IMG/VR virus record: IMGVR_UViG_3300032116_000102
Location: 21,560 to 85,559 of that record
Origin: a virus
Direction: 5' to 3' (one strand)
DNA length: 64,000 bases
Positions 1-9,168 of the stretch are shown in pieces. Each line of letters starts with the position of its first letter. Position 1 is the stretch's first letter. The position numbers and the translations under genes were made by a program. The notes under the pieces are model-generated. The model worked only from the letters and a program-made list of their open reading frames with translations, was not told the origin of the DNA and ran no database searches.

Positions 1-21
1 ACATGGAGTGACTGTCGTTCT

Positions 22-1089
22 ATGTTTGATCGCTTGCGTTGCAACAACATTGTTGATGCACTTGATATGCCTTCTTTCTTTAGCAAGCCTATTGCCGATA
101 AGACTAAGTATGAACTCACGATTGATAACTTGATTGCAACATCTAAGTTACTAAAGAATGACTATGGTTATTCTTCTTACGGTACATGTTTAACCAAGAC
201 TGAAGCAATCATTACTACTCCGTATATTAAGAAGCAGCTTCAAGCAATGCTTGATCGTTCAACTGCTGAGTACAGCAACCCAGAGAATACACAACGGAAG
301 GCTATCAAGTATGGCTTCAAGGAATTTGAGCAGACCTGTAATTCTATTGAATTCATTATTCGTATCTGGCCTGATTGCCCTATTGACCACTACCGTACTT
401 ACTTCAATGAACTACGTTGCATCAACTTAAACAACCTGAGGTATGACGAACGTCTTGTCGAATGGCTACGCACCAACATGTCTGTTGCATCGTTCTTCAA
501 CATGCTGCGTAAGTTCAATGAGGCAGAACCTACCTCTCATCGCAGTTCATACAGTGACTATGATTACCACGTCAAATCATTCTTTGAAATGAATGACACT
601 TTCTCCATGATCATGCGCATCCTGGAGAACGACAAACAAATCGAGGCACCTAAGCGCTGGCGCATGCCTGACTTCCATGACTACGTGCAAGCCGAAGCAT
701 GGAAGGTAACCAACCGCAAGGAATCACTGCACCAGGATTTGTTCCCTACTCCGATCAAGGTCAACGTAGACGGCAGTGACTGGACATTCTTCCAGCCTGT
801 CGACACACACCAGCTGGCACAGTGGGGACAAGCAGTCCGTAACTGTGTGGGTTCTGCAGGACGCTATGCAGATGACATCAAGAAACGCAAGCACTTCATT
901 GTGCTCTGCATGATTGATGGCAAGCCCACCTTCACCATCCAACTGGATGTATCCATGGGTGTCATGAACGTCGTACAGATTGCTGGCGTAGCGAACCAGC
1001 GCCTGTCTGTTGACCAACATGAGCAGTACTCCACTGCCTTCAAGCAAGCCTTGCAATCTCGTGAATCTGAGCTAAGCTCTAAGAGCTGA
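22..1089 (+). CDS. PcfJ-like domain protein (may begin upstream of the window)
   Basis: C-terminal 'QLAQWGQAVRNCVGS..YADDIKKRKHFIV..PTFTIQL..VVQIAGVANQ' resembles the PcfJ-like pattern. Confidence 0.6.
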   Translation: MFDRLRCNNIVDALDMPSFFSKPIADKTKYELTIDNLIATSKLLKNDYGYSSYGTCLTKTEAIITTPYIKKQLQAMLDRSTAEYSNPENTQRKAIKYGFKEFEQTCNSIEFIIRIWPDCPIDHYRTYFNELRCINLNNLRYDERLVEWLRTNMSVASFFNMLRKFNEAEPTSHRSSYSDYDYHVKSFFEMNDTFSMIMRILENDKQIEAPKRWRMPDFHDYVQAEAWKVTNRKESLHQDLFPTPIKVNVDGSDWTFFQPVDTHQLAQWGQAVRNCVGSAGRYADDIKKRKHFIVLCMIDGKPTFTIQLDVSMGVMNVVQIAGVANQRLSVDQHEQYSTAFKQALQSRESELSSKS

Positions 1090-1139
1090 AGCCACAGCAG
1101 GGGCATCCTATCCTCGTAAATGGGATGCCTCTTTAACTC

Positions 1140-1358
1140 ATGTCTGATTACACCGACGAACAACTCCTTGCCATGGCCATGGCAAACATTGGTGAGTACA
1201 TCACAGATAACTCACCTCAATACATCCTGATCGAAGACGATCCTCGTAATGAGGATGATTACGACACATGGAGTTACGGTACTGAACCGTTACCTCATGA
1301 TCACACTTGGCACTCCACATCGATTGATGTAGAGGTAAGCCCAAGTCAGGCCGACTAG
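1140..1358 (+). CDS. hypothetical acidic protein
   Basis: 72-aa ORF in co-oriented gene run. Confidence 0.55.
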   Translation: MSDYTDEQLLAMAMANIGEYITDNSPQYILIEDDPRNEDDYDTWSYGTEPLPHDHTWHSTSIDVEVSPSQAD

Positions 1359-1376
1359 TCCAACGGCAGAGACAAG
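1349..1376 (+). pseudogene. orphan 5' half of tRNA-Leu (acceptor 5' strand plus D-arm)
   Basis: GGCCGACTAGTCCAACGGCAGAGACAAG matches the start of the tRNA at 1747 and stops 1 nt before the HNH ATG. Confidence 0.8.
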
Positions 1377-1377
1377 C

Positions 1378-1764
1378 ATGAAACTCTATGGTCCATACAC
1401 TCGCAAAGATGGCAGACAACATGTCATTCTTTACGAGAACGGCAAACGCAAAACAGTAAGCTATCCCAAGTATTTACTTGAGACAAAGCTTGGTCGATCT
1501 CTTTTGCCTCATGAAACCTGCGATCACATTGATGGAGATCCTTTAAACAATTCTTTAGATAACTTGCAGATGCTATCCAGATCGGATAACGTACGCAAGC
1601 ACGCAGCTCTTTCACCTGCAGAGCTGGGGACTTTCACTTGTCCTATTTGTTTGTGTTCATTTACCAAACGAATGCATAGCACTAGGCACAATCGAAAGCA
1701 AGGAAAACGTGGACCTTATTGTTCACGTTCATGCGCAGGTAAAGCTGGCCGACTAGCCCAATAG
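1378..1764 (+). CDS. HNH homing endonuclease with C-terminal Zn-binding motif
   Basis: 'CDHIDGDPLNNSLDNLQMLSRSDNVRKH' HNH motif; CPIC...YCSRSC. Confidence 0.85.
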   Translation: MKLYGPYTRKDGRQHVILYENGKRKTVSYPKYLLETKLGRSLLPHETCDHIDGDPLNNSLDNLQMLSRSDNVRKHAALSPAELGTFTCPICLCSFTKRMHSTRHNRKQGKRGPYCSRSCAGKAGRLAQ

Positions 1765-1824
1765 GAAGCAGGCAAGTGACTTAAAATCACTCCAGTCCCG
1801 GTTCGAATCCGGGGTCGGCTACCA
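1747..1824 (+). tRNA. trnL: tRNA-Leu(TAA), CCA encoded, short variable loop
   Basis: Acceptor GGCCGAC/GTCGGCT; anticodon arm AGTGA-CTTAAAA-TCACT; T-arm CCCGG-TTCGAAT-CCGGG; ACCA end. Confidence 0.9.
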
Positions 1825-1853
1825 ACTCAACACTCAACACTCAACACAACATC

Positions 1854-2216
1854 ATGCAACTCTTTGCAGCCTTCAAGCATCTCATCCCTGAATTCCACGC
1901 TTACTCTGATGAAGAGCAGCGTTACAACCTTGGAGCAACCTGGACAGCGGCTGACGGCCTTAAGGACTATTACAACCTCGAACTACGGTACGTTCATAAC
2001 TCAGAGCGTCTTGCCCTCAACGGCGATCCCCAGCCTGATGGCAGCTGGAAATATGTGGAACCCTCCGGCCGTGTCCATACCATGTCGGCAGAGCGAGCCA
2101 AGATGTTCATGGAACAAACCCATGCCCATGCCACTATCATGTGCGGCATGCTGGATCGCCTCAAAGAATCAGGATTGATGGACCAGGTGGTAGACACCAA
2201 CGCCCAACCTGCCTAA
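1854..2216 (+). CDS. hypothetical protein
   Basis: 120-aa ORF after a CAACA-rich leader, followed by a terminator. Confidence 0.65.
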   Translation: MQLFAAFKHLIPEFHAYSDEEQRYNLGATWTAADGLKDYYNLELRYVHNSERLALNGDPQPDGSWKYVEPSGRVHTMSAERAKMFMEQTHAHATIMCGMLDRLKESGLMDQVVDTNAQPA

Positions 2217-2234
2217 GATCACAGCGGAATGTTC

Positions 2235-2260
2235 GGCCCCTGCGCAAGCGGGGGTCTTTT
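2235..2260 (+). terminator. intrinsic terminator
   Basis: GGCCCCTGC-GCAA-GCGGGGGTC then TTTT. Confidence 0.7.
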
Positions 2261-2264
2261 CTTC

Positions 2265-2588
2265 ATGATCTCCAAATCAATTATCTATCACGATGTAACC
2301 GAACTCATTGCTGATTGCATACCAGACAAAGCATGGCCTGCAGTACGTCATGAAATCATTCAGCAAATGCTAGACAACATGCCGTCAGATGTCATGATTC
2401 AATTGACTGGAAGACCTGATGCATTTGATACTGCTGAGCAATTGCTCCAACAGTTTTATATGAATGAACCAGGTCACAAACTGATACAAGATTCATTTGA
2501 TCTTGTTGGCAAAGAAGAAACTGCATTCATTCTTGATTCACTGAACCTCACATCATCTGATGGCGTTTCAGAAACAGATCCTTCCTGA
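2265..2588 (+). CDS. hypothetical protein
   Basis: ORF; start trimmed to the ATG after the terminator. Confidence 0.55.
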   Translation: MISKSIIYHDVTELIADCIPDKAWPAVRHEIIQQMLDNMPSDVMIQLTGRPDAFDTAEQLLQQFYMNEPGHKLIQDSFDLVGKEETAFILDSLNLTSSDGVSETDPS

Positions 2589-2910
2589 CTGTCCACAATG
2601 TAATCAACCTGGATTACGTGTCATCGAATCCAGGAAGACACACCACAGTACACGCCGCCGCAAGGCATGTGAGTGCTGTGACTACCGCCTCACAACGCAT
2701 GAAGTATCTGCTGACTTTTACAACGAAGCACAGCAGAACTTGATCTTGGTCTCTAAGCTTTATGCGCTGCTGGGTACTGGTTCTTTGCCACAAGAAACCA
2801 TGGCAATCAAATGCAATGACTGCACTCACAACCAAGGGGGTGCATGTGCATTTGATTTCCCTGAATACGACACTGCTCAATCATTCGACTGCAATCACTA
2901 TGTCAACTAA
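2560..2910 (+). CDS. NrdR-like Zn-ribbon protein lacking an ATP-cone
   Basis: CPQC..RVIESR..RRRKACECCDYRLTTHE matches the NrdR N-terminal Zn ribbon. Confidence 0.7.
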   Translation: MAFQKQILPDCPQCNQPGLRVIESRKTHHSTRRRKACECCDYRLTTHEVSADFYNEAQQNLILVSKLYALLGTGSLPQETMAIKCNDCTHNQGGACAFDFPEYDTAQSFDCNHYVN

Positions 2911-3199
2911 ACGTCAATTCACTTACACCGTTGGTGATCGCGTAGCAGAACGCCCCAAGGCTCATGGCATTTTTGCTGTTCGCAATGAAGTCAAAGAACG
3001 TATTGCTCAATACCGTACACAAAGGTATGGTCACGTTCTAAACATTGTTGAGAAACCAAATAGCCTTGGTCGCAAACAAAAGTTCTTAGTGATCCAGTGG
3101 GATCACCTGTCATCACCAACAGAACACGCTACGATGCGTATCTGTCCAGCATCAGAACTCCAGCGTCTGATGAAGGAAGTCATTGTTCCAGGGGAATGA
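2900..3199 (+). CDS. hypothetical protein
   Basis: ORF MSTKRQFTYTVGDRV... Confidence 0.55.
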   Translation: MSTKRQFTYTVGDRVAERPKAHGIFAVRNEVKERIAQYRTQRYGHVLNIVEKPNSLGRKQKFLVIQWDHLSSPTEHATMRICPASELQRLMKEVIVPGE

Positions 3200-3200
3200 C

Positions 3201-3407
3201 ATGGATCATCGCACAGATATGATTATGCGAGCTGTTGTAACTTCCATTGCAATCCTTGGATTTCTGCTTCTCACCTATGCAATTGTTGAGAGCAATTCTG
3301 AACCTGTAGAAAAGTTTAAAGTTGTAGATAAATACAAGAATTGCAACGTAGTCAGATACACTGATCCCAGTAATCAATGGCACTACCTACTGCACTGCGG
3401 TCTATGA
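3201..3407 (+). CDS. small membrane protein
   Basis: Single hydrophobic segment. Confidence 0.5.
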   Translation: MDHRTDMIMRAVVTSIAILGFLLLTYAIVESNSEPVEKFKVVDKYKNCNVVRYTDPSNQWHYLLHCGL

Positions 3408-4042
3408 ACGTTCAACTCATTTGGTCTACACCCAATGCAGAAGAAATGATTACGAGAATGGCGCGTGTTTCAGCACCCAGCAATCAAGACAACATGGATA
3501 CTGCACCACGCCTACTTAGGTATCTGATCAATAACAAACATTGGTCACCGTTTGAGATGGCAAACATGTGCGTTGAGATTGAAACAACACGTGCAATCTC
3601 ACCTCAAATCTTGCGTCATCGTTCCTTCTCGTTCCAGGAATTCAGCCAGCGCTATGCAGATACCACTGAGCTTGGCTCTGCTGTAATACCGCATTTGCGT
3701 CGGCAAGATTACAAGAACAGACAGAACAGTATTGATGACCTATCAGCAGAAGACATTGCTTCTTATTACAGACGCATCAGTGCGTTGTATGAAGATGCTG
3801 AACATCTCTATCGCGAGATGCTAAGCAACGGCGTGGCAAAGGAATGTGCTCGTTCCATTCTGCCACTTTCGACACAGACACGTCTTTTTATGAATGGCAC
3901 AATCAGGTCATGGATCCACTACCTTGATCTCAGAACTGACAATGGAACTCAACTCGAACACAGACAAATTGCAGGAGAAATCAAACGAATCTTCTGCAAA
4001 CAATTCCCCATCATCGGAGAAGCAGCCTTCTCCGAAGAATGA
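3404..4042 (+). CDS. thyX: FAD-dependent thymidylate synthase ThyX
   Basis: RHRSFSFQEFSQRY signature; HWSPFE; AKECARSILP. Confidence 0.95.
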   Translation: MNVQLIWSTPNAEEMITRMARVSAPSNQDNMDTAPRLLRYLINNKHWSPFEMANMCVEIETTRAISPQILRHRSFSFQEFSQRYADTTELGSAVIPHLRRQDYKNRQNSIDDLSAEDIASYYRRISALYEDAEHLYREMLSNGVAKECARSILPLSTQTRLFMNGTIRSWIHYLDLRTDNGTQLEHRQIAGEIKRIFCKQFPIIGEAAFSEE

Positions 4043-4246
4043 CACACCATGGCTTGATTGTATGGATGGGTTTAAATACAGTGAACCCTCTGATTCAGTT
4101 AAAGAACCAGAGGATGACGTAGACAACTGGCGATCAGAAGGTCGCGGTTGTTTGTTTTTCTAATTGTTTGACGGCATGCTTGGATTCCACATCCTTGCGT
4201 GCCGCTTTCTTTTTTTTATCTACCAGGTAAATGATTAATGCTTTGT

Positions 4247-4399
4247 TCATTTGATTTGACCTCCGGTGACATATGGAAAGTAGCAGATGTTACGGTACGT
4301 CAGGCAGAGCCAGGGGCGGTGGGCTAAGTTCCACCAGGCCCTGTCTGCCTTGGCCTGATCCTCCTGTTCGTACTTGACACCACGGTATGTAAGCGTCAT
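4247..4399 (-). CDS. DUF4278-like small cyanobacterial protein
   Basis: MTLTYRGVKY start with an internal LTYR repeat. Confidence 0.7.
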   Translation of the reverse strand: MTLTYRGVKYEQEDQAKADRAWWNLAHRPWLCLTYRNICYFPYVTGGQIK

Positions 4400-4667
4400 T
4401 ATTCTGTAGCGGTTTATACGGAAAGTATATGACCGTTGCTGTATATGATGTCGTTCACCACGTAACACAACCATGATTTCAATTTCTAAAACTTGCACAG
4501 AATTCCGTAAAGCCTTGGGCTTTAAGGGAAGACTCATGTTATTTGTCCTTGGTTTTGTAGGTCTTCTCTTCCCTGGTTGGGTAGCCTATGTTGTCATCGC
4601 TGGTCTAGCCAAGTGCACCAAGGATCAAGACATGTTTAAGTTCTTAGTACAATTTGCTGATTGAACC

Positions 4668-4823
4668 ATGACTGAAGAACAGCTTGATGCTTTACGTCAT
4701 CTAATCCAACAAGAGATTAACTGTGCCCAAATTGATGGCATGGAACATGGTGTCTGGGGCTGGGCAGAAAAACAACTAGATGAAGGATGGCAAGACTTGA
4801 AAGATAGTTTTAAATCCACCTAA
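4668..4823 (+). CDS. hypothetical protein (51 aa)
   Basis: MTEEQLDALRHLIQQEI...; stop overlaps the first cassette site. Confidence 0.5.
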   Translation: MTEEQLDALRHLIQQEINCAQIDGMEHGVWGWAEKQLDEGWQDLKDSFKST

Positions 4824-4848
4824 GTTCTACACACTACGAGGTTCACCA

Positions 4849-5208
4849 ATGACTCAACGACACCCAATCACTCCGCCGCCTGAGCTTGTACAGCAGTGGC
4901 TTGGCACCTACTTCGGTGCCACCGTTACTGGTGAAGTAAGCGATGTTGAGCTTGCTCTTGCCACCCAATCCGCCCGCTGGGGCGCTGATCAGGAGCTGGA
5001 GGCGTGCTGTGAGTTGCTGAACTGTGAACTTGGCACTGGCTGGGGGCATGGAACCAAACTCCGCGCCGCCCGCCGCCCCAAGCCGCCGAGCTTGAAGGAG
5101 CAGGCGCTAGGTGCCCTCTATGCCATAGCCACAGGCGCTGATGACACTAGAGAGTTTCACCAAGACCTTGAAACCATTAAGCAAGCTCTTGAATCCCTGC
5201 CCGATTAG
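4849..5208 (+). CDS. cassette gene, hypothetical (HPITPPPELVQQW type)
   Basis: GC-rich ORF between two sites. Confidence 0.7.
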   Translation: MTQRHPITPPPELVQQWLGTYFGATVTGEVSDVELALATQSARWGADQELEACCELLNCELGTGWGHGTKLRAARRPKPPSLKEQALGALYAIATGADDTREFHQDLETIKQALESLPD

Positions 5209-5232
5209 TCAACATCACTACAAGGTTCAACA

Positions 5233-5619
5233 ATGACTCAAAAACAATCACCTACACAGGCAGAGCCAACAGACAAAGAGCTGGCAGAGCTGTACCGCAA
5301 ATCCTATTACGAATGCGAAGACAGACAAGGTGATGCGGCGCAAGTATTTGCGCTACGTGCTGTTCTCGCCCGCTGGGGCAACCATCCGGAATCTCCAGGT
5401 AGTTCAACGCCGCAGCCCATCCCAGTGAGTGAGCGCCTGCCAAGACCGGAGGATTGGGATGAAGAAGGGAGGTGTTGGGGTTTTCACCAGTACAACCCGG
5501 AAGACGACGACATTTGGGAATCTTGGTATTTAGTACCAACTCAACACCTGTTGCCTTCTGTCCAATGGCTGGGCTTTTCCCACTGGCTCCCCGCCAACGC
5601 TTTGCCCCAGCCCTCTTAG
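5233..5619 (+). CDS. cassette gene, hypothetical (PIPVSERLP...HWLP type)
   Basis: ORF between two sites. Confidence 0.7.
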   Translation: MTQKQSPTQAEPTDKELAELYRKSYYECEDRQGDAAQVFALRAVLARWGNHPESPGSSTPQPIPVSERLPRPEDWDEEGRCWGFHQYNPEDDDIWESWYLVPTQHLLPSVQWLGFSHWLPANALPQPS

Positions 5620-5631
5620 TCCGATCAACTA

Positions 5632-5913
5632 ATGAAACTTGAAATCAAGCTCACCGATGAGCGCTACAAGCATACAAGCATTGATGAGCCCGCTGAAATG
5701 ACCACCACTTGGGAAGCCGAGATGGATGACTGCTCAGTTCACGCTTGGTTCAAAGTGTTTGAGAGCGTGCTCGGTGCTGCTGGCATGACCGAAAAGCTGA
5801 TCATGCGCGGCGCTTGCCAGCTCGCCTTTAACGAGTGCCGCGACTTTGAGGAGATGAAGAAGCTGAGCAGCGACTACGACCTTGACTTCAGCGACAACGC
5901 TGCTCCCCAGTAG
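5632..5913 (+). CDS. cassette gene, hypothetical
   Basis: ATG directly abuts the site; stop TAG lies in the next site. Confidence 0.7.
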   Translation: MKLEIKLTDERYKHTSIDEPAEMTTTWEAEMDDCSVHAWFKVFESVLGAAGMTEKLIMRGACQLAFNECRDFEEMKKLSSDYDLDFSDNAAPQ

Positions 5914-5928
5914 TCAGACCCACTACTT

Positions 5929-6225
5929 ATGAAAGGATTTAGTTCAACACAAAAACACACACGTTCATCTAGTTATTGGGTGGCAGCGTATGTTAAAGAT
6001 AATGACGATGAACCAATCAACATTCACAAAAAGATCTTGATCTATAAACAAGGTCAAGACAAAGAAGCATTGATGACAAACTATTGTAACTCCATCATGA
6101 AGATCAACAGAAACATATGGGAGATCCTGGTGCACCAGGGACCATCTGAGATCCCAGACTCGGGTGATCAGATTGTGATTCGTTTATCCCGTGAACCATT
6201 CAAGGGCTCTCACATCCTGAAGTAA
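5929..6225 (+). CDS. hypothetical protein
   Basis: 98-aa ORF. Confidence 0.55.
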   Translation: MKGFSSTQKHTRSSSYWVAAYVKDNDDEPINIHKKILIYKQGQDKEALMTNYCNSIMKINRNIWEILVHQGPSEIPDSGDQIVIRLSREPFKGSHILK

Positions 6226-6244
6226 TAGTCCCGAACGGGAAGAT

Positions 6245-6272
6245 GGACCTGAGCACGTCCTTAAACTACTCA
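6245..6272 (+). promoter_or_regulatory. leader pseudoknot motif, copy 1
   Basis: GGAC-CTGAGCAC-GTCC-TTAAAC-TACTCA. Confidence 0.6.
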
Positions 6273-6305
6273 TTAGTTTTATTTATCATTCAATTCATCA
6301 CAATC

Positions 6306-7073
6306 ATGAAACTCCTCAAGTTCTCCAGTGGTAATGCCAAGCTGCGTAATCGTTTGATCTTCAGCCTGCCAGCTGGTTATTCGTGTCCACATGCTGGTGT
6401 CTGCAAGACCATGGCTGATCGGGTCACTGGTGAGATCCGTGACCTGCCTCAGCTTACAGGCACACAAGCAGATGACTACCGCTGCTTTGCTGCTATGGCA
6501 GAGACCAGGCCCAACGTACGTGATGCTCGTTGGCACAACTGGGATCTGCTGCGTGAAACTATCCACATGAACGGCAATCAAGTCACACTTCTCCGTGACC
6601 TGATCGATATGTCCCTCTTGATGCACGCACCAAAACCTTTGGTACGCATCCATGAGTCAGGTGACTTTTGGACTGAGAACTACATGAGGGCTTGGATGAT
6701 GGTTGCCAGGGAACGGCCCAACCAAAAGTTCTACGCATTTACAAAATCATTAGGCATGTGGATTAATCTGCGTGAGCAGATCCCATCCAACTTCTATCTC
6801 ACCGCATCCTTCGGTGGGACACTTGATTACCTCATTCCAAAGTATCCACACGTTTTTCAACGAGTTGCTTATGTGGTTTACACAGAAGCTGAGGCAGCAG
6901 AGCGTGGGCTGGAGATCGACCATGACGACAGCCATTGCTTAGGTGACAAACCGTTTGCACTCCTGGTCCATGGGTCCCAGAGGGCTGGGTCCGACGCAAG
7001 CAAAGCCATCTCTCAACGCAAGAAGGAAGGTGGCTTTGTGGGATACAGCACATCAAAACAAAAGACAACTTGA
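6306..7073 (+). CDS. phage 'gene product 88'-like protein
   Basis: GNAKL..FSLPAGYSCP..C..CFA..VRIHESGDF..FYAFTK pattern. Confidence 0.65.
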   Translation: MKLLKFSSGNAKLRNRLIFSLPAGYSCPHAGVCKTMADRVTGEIRDLPQLTGTQADDYRCFAAMAETRPNVRDARWHNWDLLRETIHMNGNQVTLLRDLIDMSLLMHAPKPLVRIHESGDFWTENYMRAWMMVARERPNQKFYAFTKSLGMWINLREQIPSNFYLTASFGGTLDYLIPKYPHVFQRVAYVVYTEAEAAERGLEIDHDDSHCLGDKPFALLVHGSQRAGSDASKAISQRKKEGGFVGYSTSKQKTT

Positions 7074-7128
7074 AGGACCTTGACGGGAATGAAAGATCGG
7101 ATAGTATCTGTCCGTCTTTCATTCCTTT

Positions 7129-7362
7129 ATGTCTTACGTCATTGCTGCCTGGAAGGATGGTCGTCCATTCGCCATCACTGCCTGTCAAACTTCTAATCAA
7201 TTCCATTTAATTCCGTTAGATTCAGAAGTAGCTCTGAACAAGATCTTCTCCCACCCATACCGGGCTGGTGCTCAGCAGATCTTGACGTGGATTAACAAAA
7301 ATGACAGCAGCCTTGCCAGTGAAAACCTCCAGGTTCGAGATGAAGCCCAGTTCAGAAAATGA
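7129..7362 (+). CDS. hypothetical protein
   Basis: 77-aa ORF after a TTGACG-N16-TAGTAT promoter-like hairpin. Confidence 0.5.
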   Translation: MSYVIAAWKDGRPFAITACQTSNQFHLIPLDSEVALNKIFSHPYRAGAQQILTWINKNDSSLASENLQVRDEAQFRK

Positions 7363-9166
7363 AAGGTGGTACGTTTTCGATTTGGAAACGAATGGGTTGT
7401 ATGACCAAGCCACCGTGGTTCACTGTGCTGTCCTCTATGACATCAACAGCAACAGCATTTTGTCTTTTGGTCCTGACGACATTGACTCTGCTCTTGAGCA
7501 TTTGCGTAACGCTGATGTTCTTATTGGCCACAACATCTGCTTTTACGATGTACCCGTCCTAAAGAAACTGTATCCAACATTTGAAACAAAAGCTCGCATC
7601 GTTGACACGCTCATCTGTTCACGTTTGATCTGGCCCAAGGAGGTTCTCTATGAGCTTGACATTGAACAATATCCGCAGGTTCCAAAGGCAAACCGTGGAT
7701 CCCCATCGCTTAAGGCCTGGGGATGGCGCTTGGCCAGCCACAAGCTTGACTTCAAGGACTTCACGGAATACTCGCAAGAGATGCTTGACTACTGCATCCA
7801 AGACGTGGTGGTTACCTTCAATCTCTGGCAACTTATTGTTGCGCAAAACTATGCAGAGTCCTCCCTTCTGCTGGAGCACAACTTTGCTTTGGCGATTAAC
7901 AAACAAATTCGATCAGGTGTTCCTTTCGATTTGGATGCTGCTCTTGATCTGGTGGATAGCCTCCGAGCAAAGGAAACACAACTTGAATCACATCTAAAAC
8001 AAATCTTTCCACCTATCAAACATGAATCAACATTTGTTCCTAAGGTAAATAACAAGAACCGTGGTTATGTCAAAGGACAACCTTTCACTAAGGTCAGCTA
8101 CGAAGAGTTCAATCCTGGATCTCGTCAGCAGATTGCTGATCGACTCCGCAAAAAATACGGATGGATTTCAGAGAAAACAACTGAGAAAGGAAATCCAGTT
8201 CTTGATGACGAAGTATTAGAGAAGCTTCCGTATCCAGAAGCCAAAGCATTAGCAGAATATATGTTGGTCAAGAAACGCCTTGGTCAAATTGCTGATGGTA
8301 ACAATGCTTGGATCAAGCTCTTCAACAATGACACTGGTCGTATCCACGGCGACCTTATTACTAACGGTTGCATTACTGGGCGCTGTGCACACCGCAATCC
8401 AAATATGGGTCAAGTGCCAGCGGGTTACTCCCCTTATGGAAAGGAATGTCGAAGTCTGTTCATTCCTCCTGACGGCTGGGATCTCATTGGTATTGACGCT
8501 AAAGCACTTGAGTTACGTTGCCTTGCTGGATACCTTGCCGTCTGGGATGGTGGTGAATACGCAAAGCTGGTAACGGATGAATCCGTTGACATCCATACCT
8601 ACAACCAAAAACAATTTGGGGTAGAGACCAGGGACATTTCTAAGCGTCTGCTATACGGAATGTTATACGGGTGTGGATCTGTAAAAGCTGGTTCGATCAT
8701 TGATCCAAACCTTAAGGATGAAGATGAACTACGTATGCTTGGTCGTAATGCCATCGATGGTTTTATGCGTGGTGTCCCAGCATTGAAAGCTCTTAAGTTA
8801 GAGATCGATAAGACCATTGGCCTGCGTGGTTACTTGATTGGTCTGGATCGTCGTCAGTTGTATTGCCGTTCTGCATTCAAAGGATTAAATGTATTGTTGC
8901 AATCAGCTGGTGCAATCTTAATGAAGCAAGTTGTTATCAACATCCAGAACAATATCAAAACAAACCTTGGCCTGGAATACGATCACGACTGGCAGCAACT
9001 GTTGATGGTGCATGATGAAGTCCAACTAGCATGCAAGCCTCAACACACAGAAGCCATCAGGGAGCAGGCCATGCTTGCCTTCCCGCAGGCACAGGAATTC
9101 TTTGGTTTCCGCTGCAGTATTGAAGGTGATTCCAGGGTAGGATCTGACTGGTCGCAGACCCATTAA
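7340..9166 (+). CDS. polA: family A (T7-like) DNA polymerase with 3'-5' exonuclease
   Basis: FDLETNGL (ExoI), GHNICFYD (ExoII), DAKALELR (motif A), SKRLLYGMLYG (B), MVHDEVQ (C). Confidence 0.95.
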   Translation: MKPSSENERWYVFDLETNGLYDQATVVHCAVLYDINSNSILSFGPDDIDSALEHLRNADVLIGHNICFYDVPVLKKLYPTFETKARIVDTLICSRLIWPKEVLYELDIEQYPQVPKANRGSPSLKAWGWRLASHKLDFKDFTEYSQEMLDYCIQDVVVTFNLWQLIVAQNYAESSLLLEHNFALAINKQIRSGVPFDLDAALDLVDSLRAKETQLESHLKQIFPPIKHESTFVPKVNNKNRGYVKGQPFTKVSYEEFNPGSRQQIADRLRKKYGWISEKTTEKGNPVLDDEVLEKLPYPEAKALAEYMLVKKRLGQIADGNNAWIKLFNNDTGRIHGDLITNGCITGRCAHRNPNMGQVPAGYSPYGKECRSLFIPPDGWDLIGIDAKALELRCLAGYLAVWDGGEYAKLVTDESVDIHTYNQKQFGVETRDISKRLLYGMLYGCGSVKAGSIIDPNLKDEDELRMLGRNAIDGFMRGVPALKALKLEIDKTIGLRGYLIGLDRRQLYCRSAFKGLNVLLQSAGAILMKQVVINIQNNIKTNLGLEYDHDWQQLLMVHDEVQLACKPQHTEAIREQAMLAFPQAQEFFGFRCSIEGDSRVGSDWSQTH

Positions 9167-9168
9167 TC

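Larger units (their letters stand above)
4822..5925 (+). mobile_element. putative three-gene cassette array bounded by four WAGT-N7-ACTA sites
   Basis: Sites at 4822-4836, 5206-5220, 5617-5631 and 5911-5925, each overlapping a stop codon and preceding the next ATG. Confidence 0.6.

Noticed and set aside
1825-1853. ACTCAAC tandem repeat as a CRISPR or iteron
   Set aside because: Only about three 7-mers with no spacers; looks like an unstructured C/A-rich translation leader. No CRISPR array was seen in the window.
6226-6240. TAGT-CCCGAAC-GGGA as a fifth cassette site
   Set aside because: Right arm does not match ACTW; it reads as a small TCCCG/CGGGA hairpin.
9151-9165. GTCG-CAGACCC-ATTA at the polA end shares its spacer with the site at 5911
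   Set aside because: Left arm is absent and the sequence is coding; may be chance.
7340-9166. Intein or intron in polA or the primase-helicase
   Set aside because: Both ORFs are continuous, of normal length, and lack splicing motifs.
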